Positions 8,720 through 17,289 of a stretch of DNA of 64,000 bases are shown one piece after another. The position numbers and the translations under genes are program-made. The DNA comes from an uncultured Planctomycetales bacterium (GTDB lineage: Bacteria > Planctomycetota > Phycisphaerae > UBA1845 > PWPN01). The stretch's first letter is position 1, and every line of letters begins with the position of its first letter. Location: the NCBI GenBank assembly GCA_964617875.1, contig CAZUAI010000006.1, forward strand, positions 23,102-87,101, in the 5' to 3' direction. A model generated the notes under the pieces. It saw only the letters and a program-made list of their open reading frames with translations. It was not told where the DNA came from and did not search any database.

Positions 8720-10774
8720 TCAGCACTGGGCGCTTGGCACTTCGCACGAGTCATCATTTCTTGTCCGCCTGCGCCAGTTTGCCCGCAATCGCGAGGCGAA
8801 GGCATCCAGCAGGCATGCCAGACCCGCCGCCGCGCACGCGACGGCGAGCCAGTCGCCGACACGACTGTAGAGCGTGTGCCGCGAATCGATCTTCAGCTCG
8901 GCCACGCTGTATCCGCTCACGCCCTGCCAGGGGCGCTTGCCCGGCTGCTCGACGACGCCGTGGATGGTCCCGTCCGGGTCGATGAACCCGCTGACGCCGG
9001 TGTTGACGGCCCGGGCGACGGCAACGCGGTTCTCCACGGCCCGGAACGCGCAGCAGACGAGGTGCTGCGGCAGCTCCGTGCTGTGCTGGAACCATCCGTC
9101 GTTGCTGATGTTCAGGAGGAAATCCACCCGTTTGCGCCCGTCCGCGTCCGTGACGAACTGCCGGATCAGCTGCGGGATGACGTCTTCGTAGCAGATCGGC
9201 ACGGCAAAGCGGTATCGGCGCCCGGGGCGTGAGGGCGCGTGCATCTCGAAGATCTTGTGTTCCCGGCCGAAGCTGAGCGAGTACTCCTCGCCGCCGGCGC
9301 CCCACGGCGTAAGCGAGTTCAGCCAGCGGTAGACCGAATGGAGCCGGCCGTAGCGGAACGGCACGTACTCGCCGAACAGGACGAGGTGGATCTTGTCGTA
9401 CCGATGCGGCTCCGCGCATCCGGCTGCGCCGGGCGGCGGCGATGCGGTGTCGCCGGGGCTGTACATGAACGCGCTGTTGAACCGCTCGTAGCGGGGATAG
9501 ATCCGTGTGGGGTGCGGCTCATAGGACACGCTGCCGACGACGAGGTAGGCGTTCTCTTTGACGGCGGTACGGCAGAAGAGTTCGTGGCAGGCCAGCGAAA
9601 ACGGCATCGGCGGCGAGGGCGGCTCCGATTGGACGGCGTTCGCCGACGGCTCGAACGGCAGGATCTGGTAGCGGTCGAGGTCGTGGGCGAAGCGAAGCTG
9701 GAACGAACGCGGGCCGAGATCGCGAGCCTCTTTGTTCAGGTACATGGTCCAGGGCGTCTCGGGCAGGAGGAACAGGTCGGGATCCTGGTCGGCCGCGGCG
9801 CGGAGGAGATCCATGTAGGCCTCGGCTTTCTTCCACGGCGGGGGCTCGTTTCGCAACTCCTCCTCCGTGGGTTCGGGCGTGAGCAGGTAGTCGCCCTGGA
9901 GGACGGCCACCTTCGGCCCCGGGGCGAGCGTCCGCTCGGACAGGCGGAAGCGGCCGTAGGCAATCGTGGCGACGAGGAGCACGGCCGCGACAGTCGTTGA
10001 GGCGAGAACCCGCCGTCGCGCCGCGCCCGCCTCGCGGCCGATCGCGCGGCCGCGGAGCACCCGCTCCAGGATGACATCGCACAACCACCCGTTTATCGCC
10101 GCCAGGACGAAGCTGACGCCGAGCGCGCCGGCCAGATCGCTGATCTGGATCATCGTCAGGAGGCGGTACTGGCTGTGGCCCAGAAGGAACCACGGAAACG
10201 CGATCGCCGTGCGCGACCGTGCCAGCTCCGTCATCGTCCAGACCACGGGGACGGCGAACACCAGCAGCACGCCCCGGCGCCGATACGCATGGCGGATGGC
10301 CCAGCACGCGACGAGGAAGTGCAGCCCGCTCCAGATGGAGAGGACGACGTAGCCCGGAAAGGTGCTGAAGCGCAGCCACCGCAGGTTGATGAGGAAGAAC
10401 CCCAGGCCGAGCAGGTAACTGGCGATGTAGACCACGCGGGGCCGTCGTCCGGCGCAGACGGCGACAACCCACGGAACGAGGCAGACGTACCCCAGCGGCC
10501 AGGCCGCCCACGGGGCGAAGATGAGGCAGAGGCAGACGAGCGAGGCCGCCGTCAGCGCCCACACCGGCCGGCGCCGGGCGATCGGGCCGGCGCTCTCCGG
10601 CGGTTGCCCGCGCACGGCGGGGCCGGCCGGCGCGCGGCCTGCCCTCGGCCCGGACGGGCCCGGCTTGGGCTTTCGAGTTGCGTCGGAACGTCTGCTGATA
10701 CCCGGGCGCCCTCGCACATCCTCGTTCCCGGCGGACCCGCCACTCCCGGAGTCCACCCCCAACCGGGACCGCAC
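8720..10774 (-). CDS. lnt: apolipoprotein N-acyltransferase
   Basis: Multi-TM N-terminal half followed by a CN-hydrolase domain with VPICYEDVIP and LLNISNDGWF motifs. The GTG start at 10774 gives a roughly 70-aa basic Pro/Gly/Arg-rich extension; an in-frame GTG near 10563 is an alternative start. Confidence 0.85.
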   Translation of the reverse strand: MRSRLGVDSGSGGSAGNEDVRGRPGISRRSDATRKPKPGPSGPRAGRAPAGPAVRGQPPESAGPIARRRPVWALTAASLVCLCLIFAPWAAWPLGYVCLVPWVVAVCAGRRPRVVYIASYLLGLGFFLINLRWLRFSTFPGYVVLSIWSGLHFLVACWAIRHAYRRRGVLLVFAVPVVWTMTELARSRTAIAFPWFLLGHSQYRLLTMIQISDLAGALGVSFVLAAINGWLCDVILERVLRGRAIGREAGAARRRVLASTTVAAVLLVATIAYGRFRLSERTLAPGPKVAVLQGDYLLTPEPTEEELRNEPPPWKKAEAYMDLLRAAADQDPDLFLLPETPWTMYLNKEARDLGPRSFQLRFAHDLDRYQILPFEPSANAVQSEPPSPPMPFSLACHELFCRTAVKENAYLVVGSVSYEPHPTRIYPRYERFNSAFMYSPGDTASPPPGAAGCAEPHRYDKIHLVLFGEYVPFRYGRLHSVYRWLNSLTPWGAGGEEYSLSFGREHKIFEMHAPSRPGRRYRFAVPICYEDVIPQLIRQFVTDADGRKRVDFLLNISNDGWFQHSTELPQHLVCCAFRAVENRVAVARAVNTGVSGFIDPDGTIHGVVEQPGKRPWQGVSGYSVAELKIDSRHTLYSRVGDWLAVACAAAGLACLLDAFASRLRANWRRRTRNDDSCEVPSAQC

Positions 10775-10842
10775 AGGCTGATCCGCGGATTGTGCCGAAG
10801 CGCGGCCGGACCGTCAAGCGAAGAAGATGCCGAGGGGGCACC

Positions 10843-11466
10843 TTATACGCACGCCGGGAACAGCTCCACATGCACGGGCCTCTCGTCCACGCGGAGGCAG
10901 GCGCCGACGGTTTGCGGCGACTCGATGCGGATGTCGTCGCCGAGGCCGGGCGACTTGAATCGATCGAGTCTGGCCTTCGCCGCCGAGCGGAGCCAGTCGA
11001 TCACCGCCGTGCGATCGACCCCAGCGGTCGAGTCAGCGGACTCCATCGCGTCGATCGCATACGACTTCGCCAGCTTGGGCAGAAGCTTCGCCAGCGTCGA
11101 CGGCTTGTCGAAAAGGTCACCCCCGGCGATCCGCCCGCCGAACACGAACACCACCCCGCTGCAACCCTCGGGGACGCGGACCTCGCGGATCGTTTCCTCG
11201 AGCCGGGACTTGTGGTCCTCGTACGCCTGGTCGAGGGCGCGCGACGGCGAGAACGAACCCATCGCAAGCATCTTCCGGTCCACTTCGTTCCAGACCTCGC
11301 CCTGTCTGGACGACGGCCGTCCTTCCCTGCGGTAGCCTTCTGCGGCGTCTTTGCACATCTTGGCTCGGAGGAAGCTGTGTGAGGAACTCCCGCTGCTGCG
11401 GAACGAGTGCGAACGATATCCCCACCGGCTGCTCTCGATACAGGAAACGGTGTTCGAGTGTTGCAT
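10843..11466 (-). CDS. hypothetical protein, possibly a 5'-truncated remnant (resembles DUF6569-type proteins by recollection)
   Basis: 207-aa ORF with a good coding-looking C-terminal part (GVVFVFGGRIAGGDLFDKPSTLAKLLPKLAKSYAIDA...). The frame is closed by TGA 11509-11511 only 14 codons upstream of the first Met. No SD seen. Confidence 0.45.
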   Translation of the reverse strand: MQHSNTVSCIESSRWGYRSHSFRSSGSSSHSFLRAKMCKDAAEGYRREGRPSSRQGEVWNEVDRKMLAMGSFSPSRALDQAYEDHKSRLEETIREVRVPEGCSGVVFVFGGRIAGGDLFDKPSTLAKLLPKLAKSYAIDAMESADSTAGVDRTAVIDWLRSAAKARLDRFKSPGLGDDIRIESPQTVGACLRVDERPVHVELFPACV

Positions 11467-11804
11467 GCCTGTCGGCGAGACGGGCGTCAGCCAGGCAGTC
11501 GGCGTGACTCACGAAGACGCCCGGTGCGACTCGAACAGCCCCCAAGAAACCACGAGAGACGAACCGGTTCTGGAACACGCGGCGCGGAATCCGGTGCATC
11601 CGGCGTCTGATGCCCCCACTCACGCCCCGACCCGGTTCTGGACGGCTTCCGCCGGCGAGCTGCATCCTTCTGAGGTATCCCGTGCCGACCGGGATCGTCA
11701 CGGGCTTTTCAGGGCCAAATGACCCCATGACGGTGGCGGTATCCCACGGGGTAGCACGTCTGTCAGGCTTTCGTAACCAGCGATTTGTCAACAGCTTGTG
11801 GAAC

Positions 11805-11878
11805 TGGGCGATACTGGACTTGAACCAGTGACCTCTTGCATGTCGAGCAAGCGCTCTAGCCAACTGAGCTAATCGCCC
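11805..11878 (-). tRNA. tRNA-Val (anticodon GAC), CCA not encoded
   Basis: Reverse complement reads GGGCGAT-TA-GCTC-AGTTGGCTA-GAGC-G-CTTGC-TCGACAT-GCAAG-AGGTC-ACTGG-TTCAAGT-CCAGT-ATCGCCC-A. All four stems are Watson-Crick, with GG in the D-loop and a TTCAAGT T-loop. Confidence 0.85.
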
Positions 11879-11893
11879 TTGTTGTTCACGGCC

Positions 11894-11922
11894 ATTAGAC
11901 CGCATCGACACGGCGGTGTCAA
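11894..11922 (-). promoter_or_regulatory. sigma70-type promoter for tRNA-Val
   Basis: Minus strand reads TTGACA (11922-11917), a 17-nt spacer, then TCTAAT (11899-11894), 15 nt before the tRNA 5' end. Confidence 0.5.
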
Positions 11923-12035
11923 CACCTGTTCCGGCTGCCACCGAGGGGGTCGCGCAAATGGCCAGCCTCTGTGTAAGGGCGCAACGTCCTGCATGATAAG
12001 GCGTTGTGTGAATTCGGCCGTGCGGCGACGACGGC

Positions 12036-12049
12036 TTGACGCCGGTCAA
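12036..12049. promoter_or_regulatory. CRP/FNR-type palindrome TTGAC-N4-GTCAA upstream of hcp
   Basis: Perfect inverted repeat TTGACgccgGTCAA. The A/T-rich CAATAATG at 12071-12078 sits where a -10 element would lie for a class II (-41.5) activator site. Confidence 0.4.
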
Positions 12050-12190
12050 GGTGTTCAGCGGCGATCGCCGCAATAATGTCGCAACTCGACGTCGGCGGTT
12101 TTGCTGGTACGGTCGTTCGGCCGTCGTCGGCGGTTCGGGTTCGCGGCATGAGCGCCTCGCGGTGCGCGAGGCCGAAAGGAGTAGCAAGGC

Positions 12191-13495
12191 GTGTTCTGCA
12201 ATCAATGTGAACAAACGGCGGGCGGGCACGGGTGCGAGGACATCGGCGTGTGCGGCAAAGACGCCGACATGCATTCGCTCCAGGAGATCCTGCTGTACGG
12301 CGTGAAGGGCATGGCGGCGTACGCGCACCACGCGCGGCGGCTCGGCGTCACGGATGAAAGCATCAATGCCTTCATCGAAGACGCGCTGTTCGCCACCGTC
12401 ACGAACGTGAACTTCGATATCCCCAGCCTGCTCGAACTCGTGCTGGAGTGCGGACGGAAGAACCTCCGCGTCATGGAGATGCTCGACGAGGGGCACGTCA
12501 AGCGGTTCGGCGCTCCGTCGCCGGTGACGGTCTACGAGGGTACCCGGGCGGGGCCCGGCATCCTGGTCACCGGCCACGACATGCTCGACCTCAGCGACCT
12601 GCTTGAGCAGACCGCCGGCACGGGCATCAACGTCTACACCCACGGCGAGATGCTCCCGGCGCACATGTACCCGAACCTGCGGAGGCACCCGCACCTCGCC
12701 GGCCACTACGGCGGCGCGTGGCAGATGCAGGAGGTCGAGTTCGCGAAGTTCAGCGGGCCGGTGCTCGCGACGACGAACTGCATCCTGACCCCGCCCGACA
12801 GCTACAAGGACCGCGTGTTCACGACGCGCGTGACGGCCCTCCACGGCGGGACGCGGATCCAGGGCAACGACTTCCGGCCGCTGATCGACAAGGCGAAGCA
12901 GTGCAAGCCGCTCGCCGAACAGAAGGTCCGCGAGTCCACCGTCGGCTTCCATCACTCGGTGATCCTGGGGCTGGCGGACAAGATCGTCGCTGCGGTGAAG
13001 GCCGGCAAGCTCAAGCGGTTCTTCGTGATCGGCGGCTGCGATGGCGCCGAGCCCGGCCGCAACTACTTCTCCGAATACGCGAAGCACACGCCGCAGGACT
13101 CGGTCATTCTCACGCTCGGCTGCGGCAAGTACCGCATTCGCGACTTCGACTACGGCACCATCACGCTCGACGGCGCGGGCCCCGTGCCGCGGCTGCTCGA
13201 CATGGGCCAGTGCAACAACGCGTACGGCGCGATCCAGGTCGCCGCGGCGCTCGCGAAGGCGTTCCACTGCGGCGTGAACGACCTGCCGCTGACGATCGTC
13301 CTGTCGTGGTTCGAGCAGAAGGCCGTCGCCGTGCTGCTGACGCTGCTCGCGCTCGGCGTGAAGGGCATCCGGATCGGTCCGGCGGCGCCGGCGTTCATCT
13401 CGCCGAACGTGCTGCGGATTCTGCAGAAGGAGTACGATCTGAAGCTGATCGGCCGCGATCCGATCGAGGACCTGAAGGACGCGGTCGCGGCGTAG
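12191..13495 (+). CDS. hcp: hybrid-cluster protein / hydroxylamine reductase (short form)
   Basis: GTG start with an AAGGAG SD 10 nt upstream. N-terminal Cys cluster FCNQCEQTAGGHGCEDIGVCGK and conserved Hcp body (GHDMLDL, YTHGEMLPAH, GGCDGA). Confidence 0.9.
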   Translation: MFCNQCEQTAGGHGCEDIGVCGKDADMHSLQEILLYGVKGMAAYAHHARRLGVTDESINAFIEDALFATVTNVNFDIPSLLELVLECGRKNLRVMEMLDEGHVKRFGAPSPVTVYEGTRAGPGILVTGHDMLDLSDLLEQTAGTGINVYTHGEMLPAHMYPNLRRHPHLAGHYGGAWQMQEVEFAKFSGPVLATTNCILTPPDSYKDRVFTTRVTALHGGTRIQGNDFRPLIDKAKQCKPLAEQKVRESTVGFHHSVILGLADKIVAAVKAGKLKRFFVIGGCDGAEPGRNYFSEYAKHTPQDSVILTLGCGKYRIRDFDYGTITLDGAGPVPRLLDMGQCNNAYGAIQVAAALAKAFHCGVNDLPLTIVLSWFEQKAVAVLLTLLALGVKGIRIGPAAPAFISPNVLRILQKEYDLKLIGRDPIEDLKDAVAA

Positions 13496-13496
13496 C

Positions 13497-15455
13497 CTAC
13501 AGCTCGATCTGCGTGCCCAGCTCGACGACGCGGTTGGGCGGGATGTCGTAGTACGCCACGGCGGAGATCGCGTTGCGGGACAGCACCGAGAACAGCGTCT
13601 TGCGCCAGTGACGCATGCCGCGTTTCCGGGTGATGATGAGGGTCTCGCGGCCGAGGTAGAAGCTCGCCTGCGCGGGATCGACCTTCAGCTCGATCTCCTG
13701 CTCGCGGCAGCAGCGGAAGATGTCGCGCACGCTCGGCGTCTGCATGAAGCCGTAGAAAGCCTGGACCTGATAGAAGCCCTGGCCGAGGTCGCGCACCTCG
13801 ACGCGCTTGTGCTCGGGCACCTGCGGCACCTCGGACGTCGCGACCGAAAGCAGGATGACCCGCTCGTGCAGCACCTTGTTGTGCTTGAAGTGGTGCATCA
13901 GCACGACCGGCGTGCCGCCCGGGCGCGACGTCATGAAGACGGCGGTCCCGGGGACGCGAAGGGGCCGTTGGCCGCGCGACAGGCCCTCGAGAAACGTCTC
14001 CAGCGGCACGATCACGCGCCCCAGCGACTGCGCCAGGATCGTGCGGCCGCGCTTCCAGGTCGCCATCACGGTGAAGACGGCCGCCCCCATCACGAGCGGA
14101 AACCAGCCGCCGTGGCCGACCTTCGTGACGTTCGACGCGAGGAACGTCAGGTCCACGGCGAGGAACACCGCCGTCAGCCCGAGCGCCCGCCACAGCGGCC
14201 ACTTCCACCGCCGGCGCATGACGACGAACAGCAGGAGCGACGTGATGGTCATCGTCCCCATGACCGACACGCCGTAGGCGGCGGCCAGGTTCGAGGACTT
14301 CCCGAACGCCACGACGAGCCCGCAGCAGGCGATCATGAGGATGGAGTTGATCTCGGGCACGAAGATCTGGCCTTTCGTCCGGCTCGACGTATGGACGATG
14401 GTCAGCCGGGGCGAGTACCCGAGCTGCACGGCCTGTTGCGCGAGCGAGAACGCGCCGGAAATCAGCGCCTGCGACGCGATCACCGTGGCGACCGTTGCGA
14501 TCACGATCGCGGGATAGCGCATCCATCCGCCGGCCAGCATGTAGAACGGGTTGACCGCCGCCGCTTCGCCGCGGGCCATCACGATCGCGCCCTGCCCGAA
14601 GTAGTTCAGCAGCAGCGACGGGAACACGATCGCATACCAGGCGAACCGGATGGGCCTGCGTCCGAAATGGCCGAGGTCGGCATACAGGGCCTCCGCGCCT
14701 GTCAGGCACAGAACGACCGCGCCGAGCACCAGGAACCCGTGCAGGCCGTGGGCGCGGAAGAACGAGATCGCGTGCAGGGGATTGACCGCCCGGAGCACAC
14801 CGGGCTCGCGAATGATCCACGGCAGCCCCAGCGCGGCGATCGTCAGAAACCACACCAGCATCACCGGGCCGAACAGCGTGCCCACGAAGCCTGTCCCGTG
14901 CTTCTGCACCATGAAAAGCGCGGCCAGGATGATGAGCGTGCAGGGGATGACGAAATGGGAGAGCGCCGGCGTGGTGACCTCAAGCCCCTCCACGGCGCTG
15001 AGCACCGAAATTGCCGGCGTAATCATGCCGTCGGCGAACAGCAATGCGGAGCCCAACAGGCCAAGCGCAATGACCGCTCCACGGCGGGACCAGAGTGTGG
15101 ACGGCGCCGCGTCGTGCGGGACGCTCAACGCCATCAGGGCCAGGATGCCCCCTTCTCCATGGTTGTCCGCTCGGATGACGACGCCGATGTACTTGATCAC
15201 TACAACAAGGGCAAGTGACCAGAAGAATAGAGACAGCAAGCCGAGCACATTCCGCGGCGTAACCGCAACACCATGCGTCTCCGAAAAGCACTCCTTTAGT
15301 GCGTACAGCGGCGATGTTCCGATGTCGCCGTATACCACCCCCAAGGCACCCAAGGCCAAGGCGAGCATCGCCGTGCCACGAACGGATGAGGGCGTGCTCG
15401 GCGACAAAGCATGTCCGTCTACGGGCGGCGCCGGTGCCTTCATATCGTTGTTCAT
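13497..15455 (-). CDS. kup: KUP/HAK/KT-family potassium uptake transporter
   Basis: Signature GVVYGDIGTSPLYALKECF, about 12 TM helices and a cytoplasmic C-terminal domain. ORF-track start 15497 is TTG; the first ATG is at 15455. Confidence 0.85.
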   Translation of the reverse strand: MNNDMKAPAPPVDGHALSPSTPSSVRGTAMLALALGALGVVYGDIGTSPLYALKECFSETHGVAVTPRNVLGLLSLFFWSLALVVVIKYIGVVIRADNHGEGGILALMALSVPHDAAPSTLWSRRGAVIALGLLGSALLFADGMITPAISVLSAVEGLEVTTPALSHFVIPCTLIILAALFMVQKHGTGFVGTLFGPVMLVWFLTIAALGLPWIIREPGVLRAVNPLHAISFFRAHGLHGFLVLGAVVLCLTGAEALYADLGHFGRRPIRFAWYAIVFPSLLLNYFGQGAIVMARGEAAAVNPFYMLAGGWMRYPAIVIATVATVIASQALISGAFSLAQQAVQLGYSPRLTIVHTSSRTKGQIFVPEINSILMIACCGLVVAFGKSSNLAAAYGVSVMGTMTITSLLLFVVMRRRWKWPLWRALGLTAVFLAVDLTFLASNVTKVGHGGWFPLVMGAAVFTVMATWKRGRTILAQSLGRVIVPLETFLEGLSRGQRPLRVPGTAVFMTSRPGGTPVVLMHHFKHNKVLHERVILLSVATSEVPQVPEHKRVEVRDLGQGFYQVQAFYGFMQTPSVRDIFRCCREQEIELKVDPAQASFYLGRETLIITRKRGMRHWRKTLFSVLSRNAISAVAYYDIPPNRVVELGTQIEL

Positions 15456-15757
15456 GGGACGTTTCGGCCGAACAGCCCCTGAATCCCCGGGGGCCAATTA
15501 AGGCAATCCTGTAGACGACCTGCGAGCGAAATTCAAGGGCGTACATCGGCATCCTGCGGACGGTGGGCGAATGAAACACCCTTCGGCCGGGGCGTGCGGC
15601 CGGATCATGAGGCCGATATCTCGACGAGGGGCGATGGGCTAAATCCCGCATGCACGGCTTTTTTCGCGCGCCCCCCCCGACTTGAATCCGATAGCGATAC
15701 TGATTTGCCGGTCGAGTGGTTTGAGAACTGGCGGATAATGGAGCGGATATCAGTACT

Positions 15758-17119
15758 ATGAACGACTGGCTCGACGCGGAGAAACGGATCGAACGTGCCC
15801 AGCAGCTTTTTGAGCTGCGGCGCTGGACGGAAGCCCTGACCGAGCTGGACGCGGCGATTGAGATCAACCCGAACCAGGCCGCCTGGCATGCGAACCGGGG
15901 GGCCGTCCTGGACCAGCTCAACCGATACCACGAGGCCATCGACGCCTACCGCCAGGCGCTCGAACTCGAGCCCGAGGATCGTGACATCCGCTCGGCGATG
16001 GGGATCGACCTTGTCCGGATCGGCCGCAACGAAGAAGCGATCGAGGTGTTCGACAGGCTGGCCCGAATGGCCCCGGACTACGAGCCGGCCTTCTGCCACC
16101 GCGTGGCGATCTACGGGCGGATCGGCGAACACGAGAAGGCGGAGGAGATGTTCTACCTCGCGCAGCAGGTGTCCGACGAGTGCCCGCACGCATTTGCCCA
16201 CATGGGCGAGTCGCTCTACGACCGCGGCGACTACAACCGGGCGATCTACTGCTGGACGCAGACGCTGCGGCTCGACCCGCACTACCCGCACGCCAAGCAG
16301 CGGATCGCCGACGCCTACCGGCGGCAGGGCGATCTGGAGAGCGCCCGCCAGTACTACCTCGCGCAATACCGCGACGACCCCGGCAACGTGGAGCTGATCT
16401 GCGATCTCGGCGAGCTGCTCGTTCAGCTCAACGACCTCGAAGGCGCGATGGTCAAGTTCCGTCAGGCGGTCGAACTCGATCCGCAGAACGTGCGCGGCCA
16501 CGCGTGCCTGGGGCGCGTCGCGATGTCGCGCCGCCGGTACGCGGAAGCGACGGCCGCGCTGGAGGCCGCCGCCGCCATCAACGAACGGTACGCCGGCGTC
16601 CGGCTGAACCTGGGCCAGGCCCTGCTGTGCCAGGGGCGTTATGCGGAGGCCCGGAACTGCCTGACGCTCGCCCTCGCGCAGGACCCGAACGACGCGCTGG
16701 CCCTGATGACGCTGGGCAACTGCCTGCTCGAACTCGGCCAGCCGGAGGATGCCGCGCGGCTGTTCGAGCGACTGACTGCGCTCCGCCCCGACGATCCCGC
16801 GCCGCACCACAATCTCGGCGTGTGTTGCCTGCTCGAGGACCGCATCGAGGACGGCATCGCGCATTGCGAGCGCGCCCTGGAGATCGAGCCGGGGTATGTG
16901 ACCGCCATGCACAAGCTGGCGCTGGCCTACGTGCAGATCGGGCGGTGGGCCGACGCCCGCGAGATGATCCGCCGCGGACTGGCGGCGAATCCGAAGCACA
17001 GCGCGTTCCACGCGATGCGCAAGCGCCTGCCGTGGTACTACCTGCGGCACCTCGTCACGCGATTGTTCGGCACGCTTCATCGGCGCGCCGCCGCCCCGCA
17101 ACCCGTTCCGGCGGCGTAG
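15758..17119 (+). CDS. TPR-repeat protein
   Basis: About 11 consecutive 34-aa TPR units (for example W..A...L..A..L.P....A). ATG at 15758. Confidence 0.8.
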   Translation: MNDWLDAEKRIERAQQLFELRRWTEALTELDAAIEINPNQAAWHANRGAVLDQLNRYHEAIDAYRQALELEPEDRDIRSAMGIDLVRIGRNEEAIEVFDRLARMAPDYEPAFCHRVAIYGRIGEHEKAEEMFYLAQQVSDECPHAFAHMGESLYDRGDYNRAIYCWTQTLRLDPHYPHAKQRIADAYRRQGDLESARQYYLAQYRDDPGNVELICDLGELLVQLNDLEGAMVKFRQAVELDPQNVRGHACLGRVAMSRRRYAEATAALEAAAAINERYAGVRLNLGQALLCQGRYAEARNCLTLALAQDPNDALALMTLGNCLLELGQPEDAARLFERLTALRPDDPAPHHNLGVCCLLEDRIEDGIAHCERALEIEPGYVTAMHKLALAYVQIGRWADAREMIRRGLAANPKHSAFHAMRKRLPWYYLRHLVTRLFGTLHRRAAAPQPVPAA

Positions 17120-17136
17120 ACCCGGTGCTTTGTGGT

Positions 17137-17181
17137 GCAGGCTTCCAGCCTGCTGTCGGATGCAGGCAAGATGCCTGCATC
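17137..17181 (+). terminator. pair of GCAGGC-core hairpins after the TPR gene (terminator or REP-like)
   Basis: GCAGGC-ttcca-GCCTGC (17137-17153) and GATGCAGGC-aagat-GCCTGCATC (17159-17181), starting 18 nt after the stop. A third hairpin AGAAGG-ccg-CCTTCT (17210-17224) is followed by a T-rich stretch. Confidence 0.4.
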
Positions 17182-17289
17182 ACAAGCAGTCCGCTCAACA
17201 CGAAACGGCAGAAGGCCGCCTTCTCGCTCGTTCGCTTTTCCGCTTTCCCACCGTTGCGGCCGGCAGCGCGGGACGCTACATTCACGTCC

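Noticed and set aside
5776-8985. 1069-aa plus-strand ORF spanning the GT2 and HEAT genes
   Set aside because: It lies antisense to genes with clear family motifs. Its translation is Arg/Gly/Pro/Asp-rich low complexity, typical of stop-poor antisense frames in GC-rich DNA.
15636-15720. GGGGCGATGGGCTAAATCCCGC ... CTGATTTGCCGG upstream of the TPR gene, superficially similar to the start of a fluoride aptamer
   Set aside because: P1 closure (CGCC) is missing, GGGCUA has no complementary pseudoknot partner after CUGAU, and the TTGCNN-N17-TANNAT-N6 promoter shared by the four real copies is absent.
15456-15757. A possible c-di-AMP (ydaO-type) riboswitch upstream of kup
   Set aside because: I could not find the pseudo-two-fold ACGGGGA/CCCA-type conserved blocks on the minus strand.
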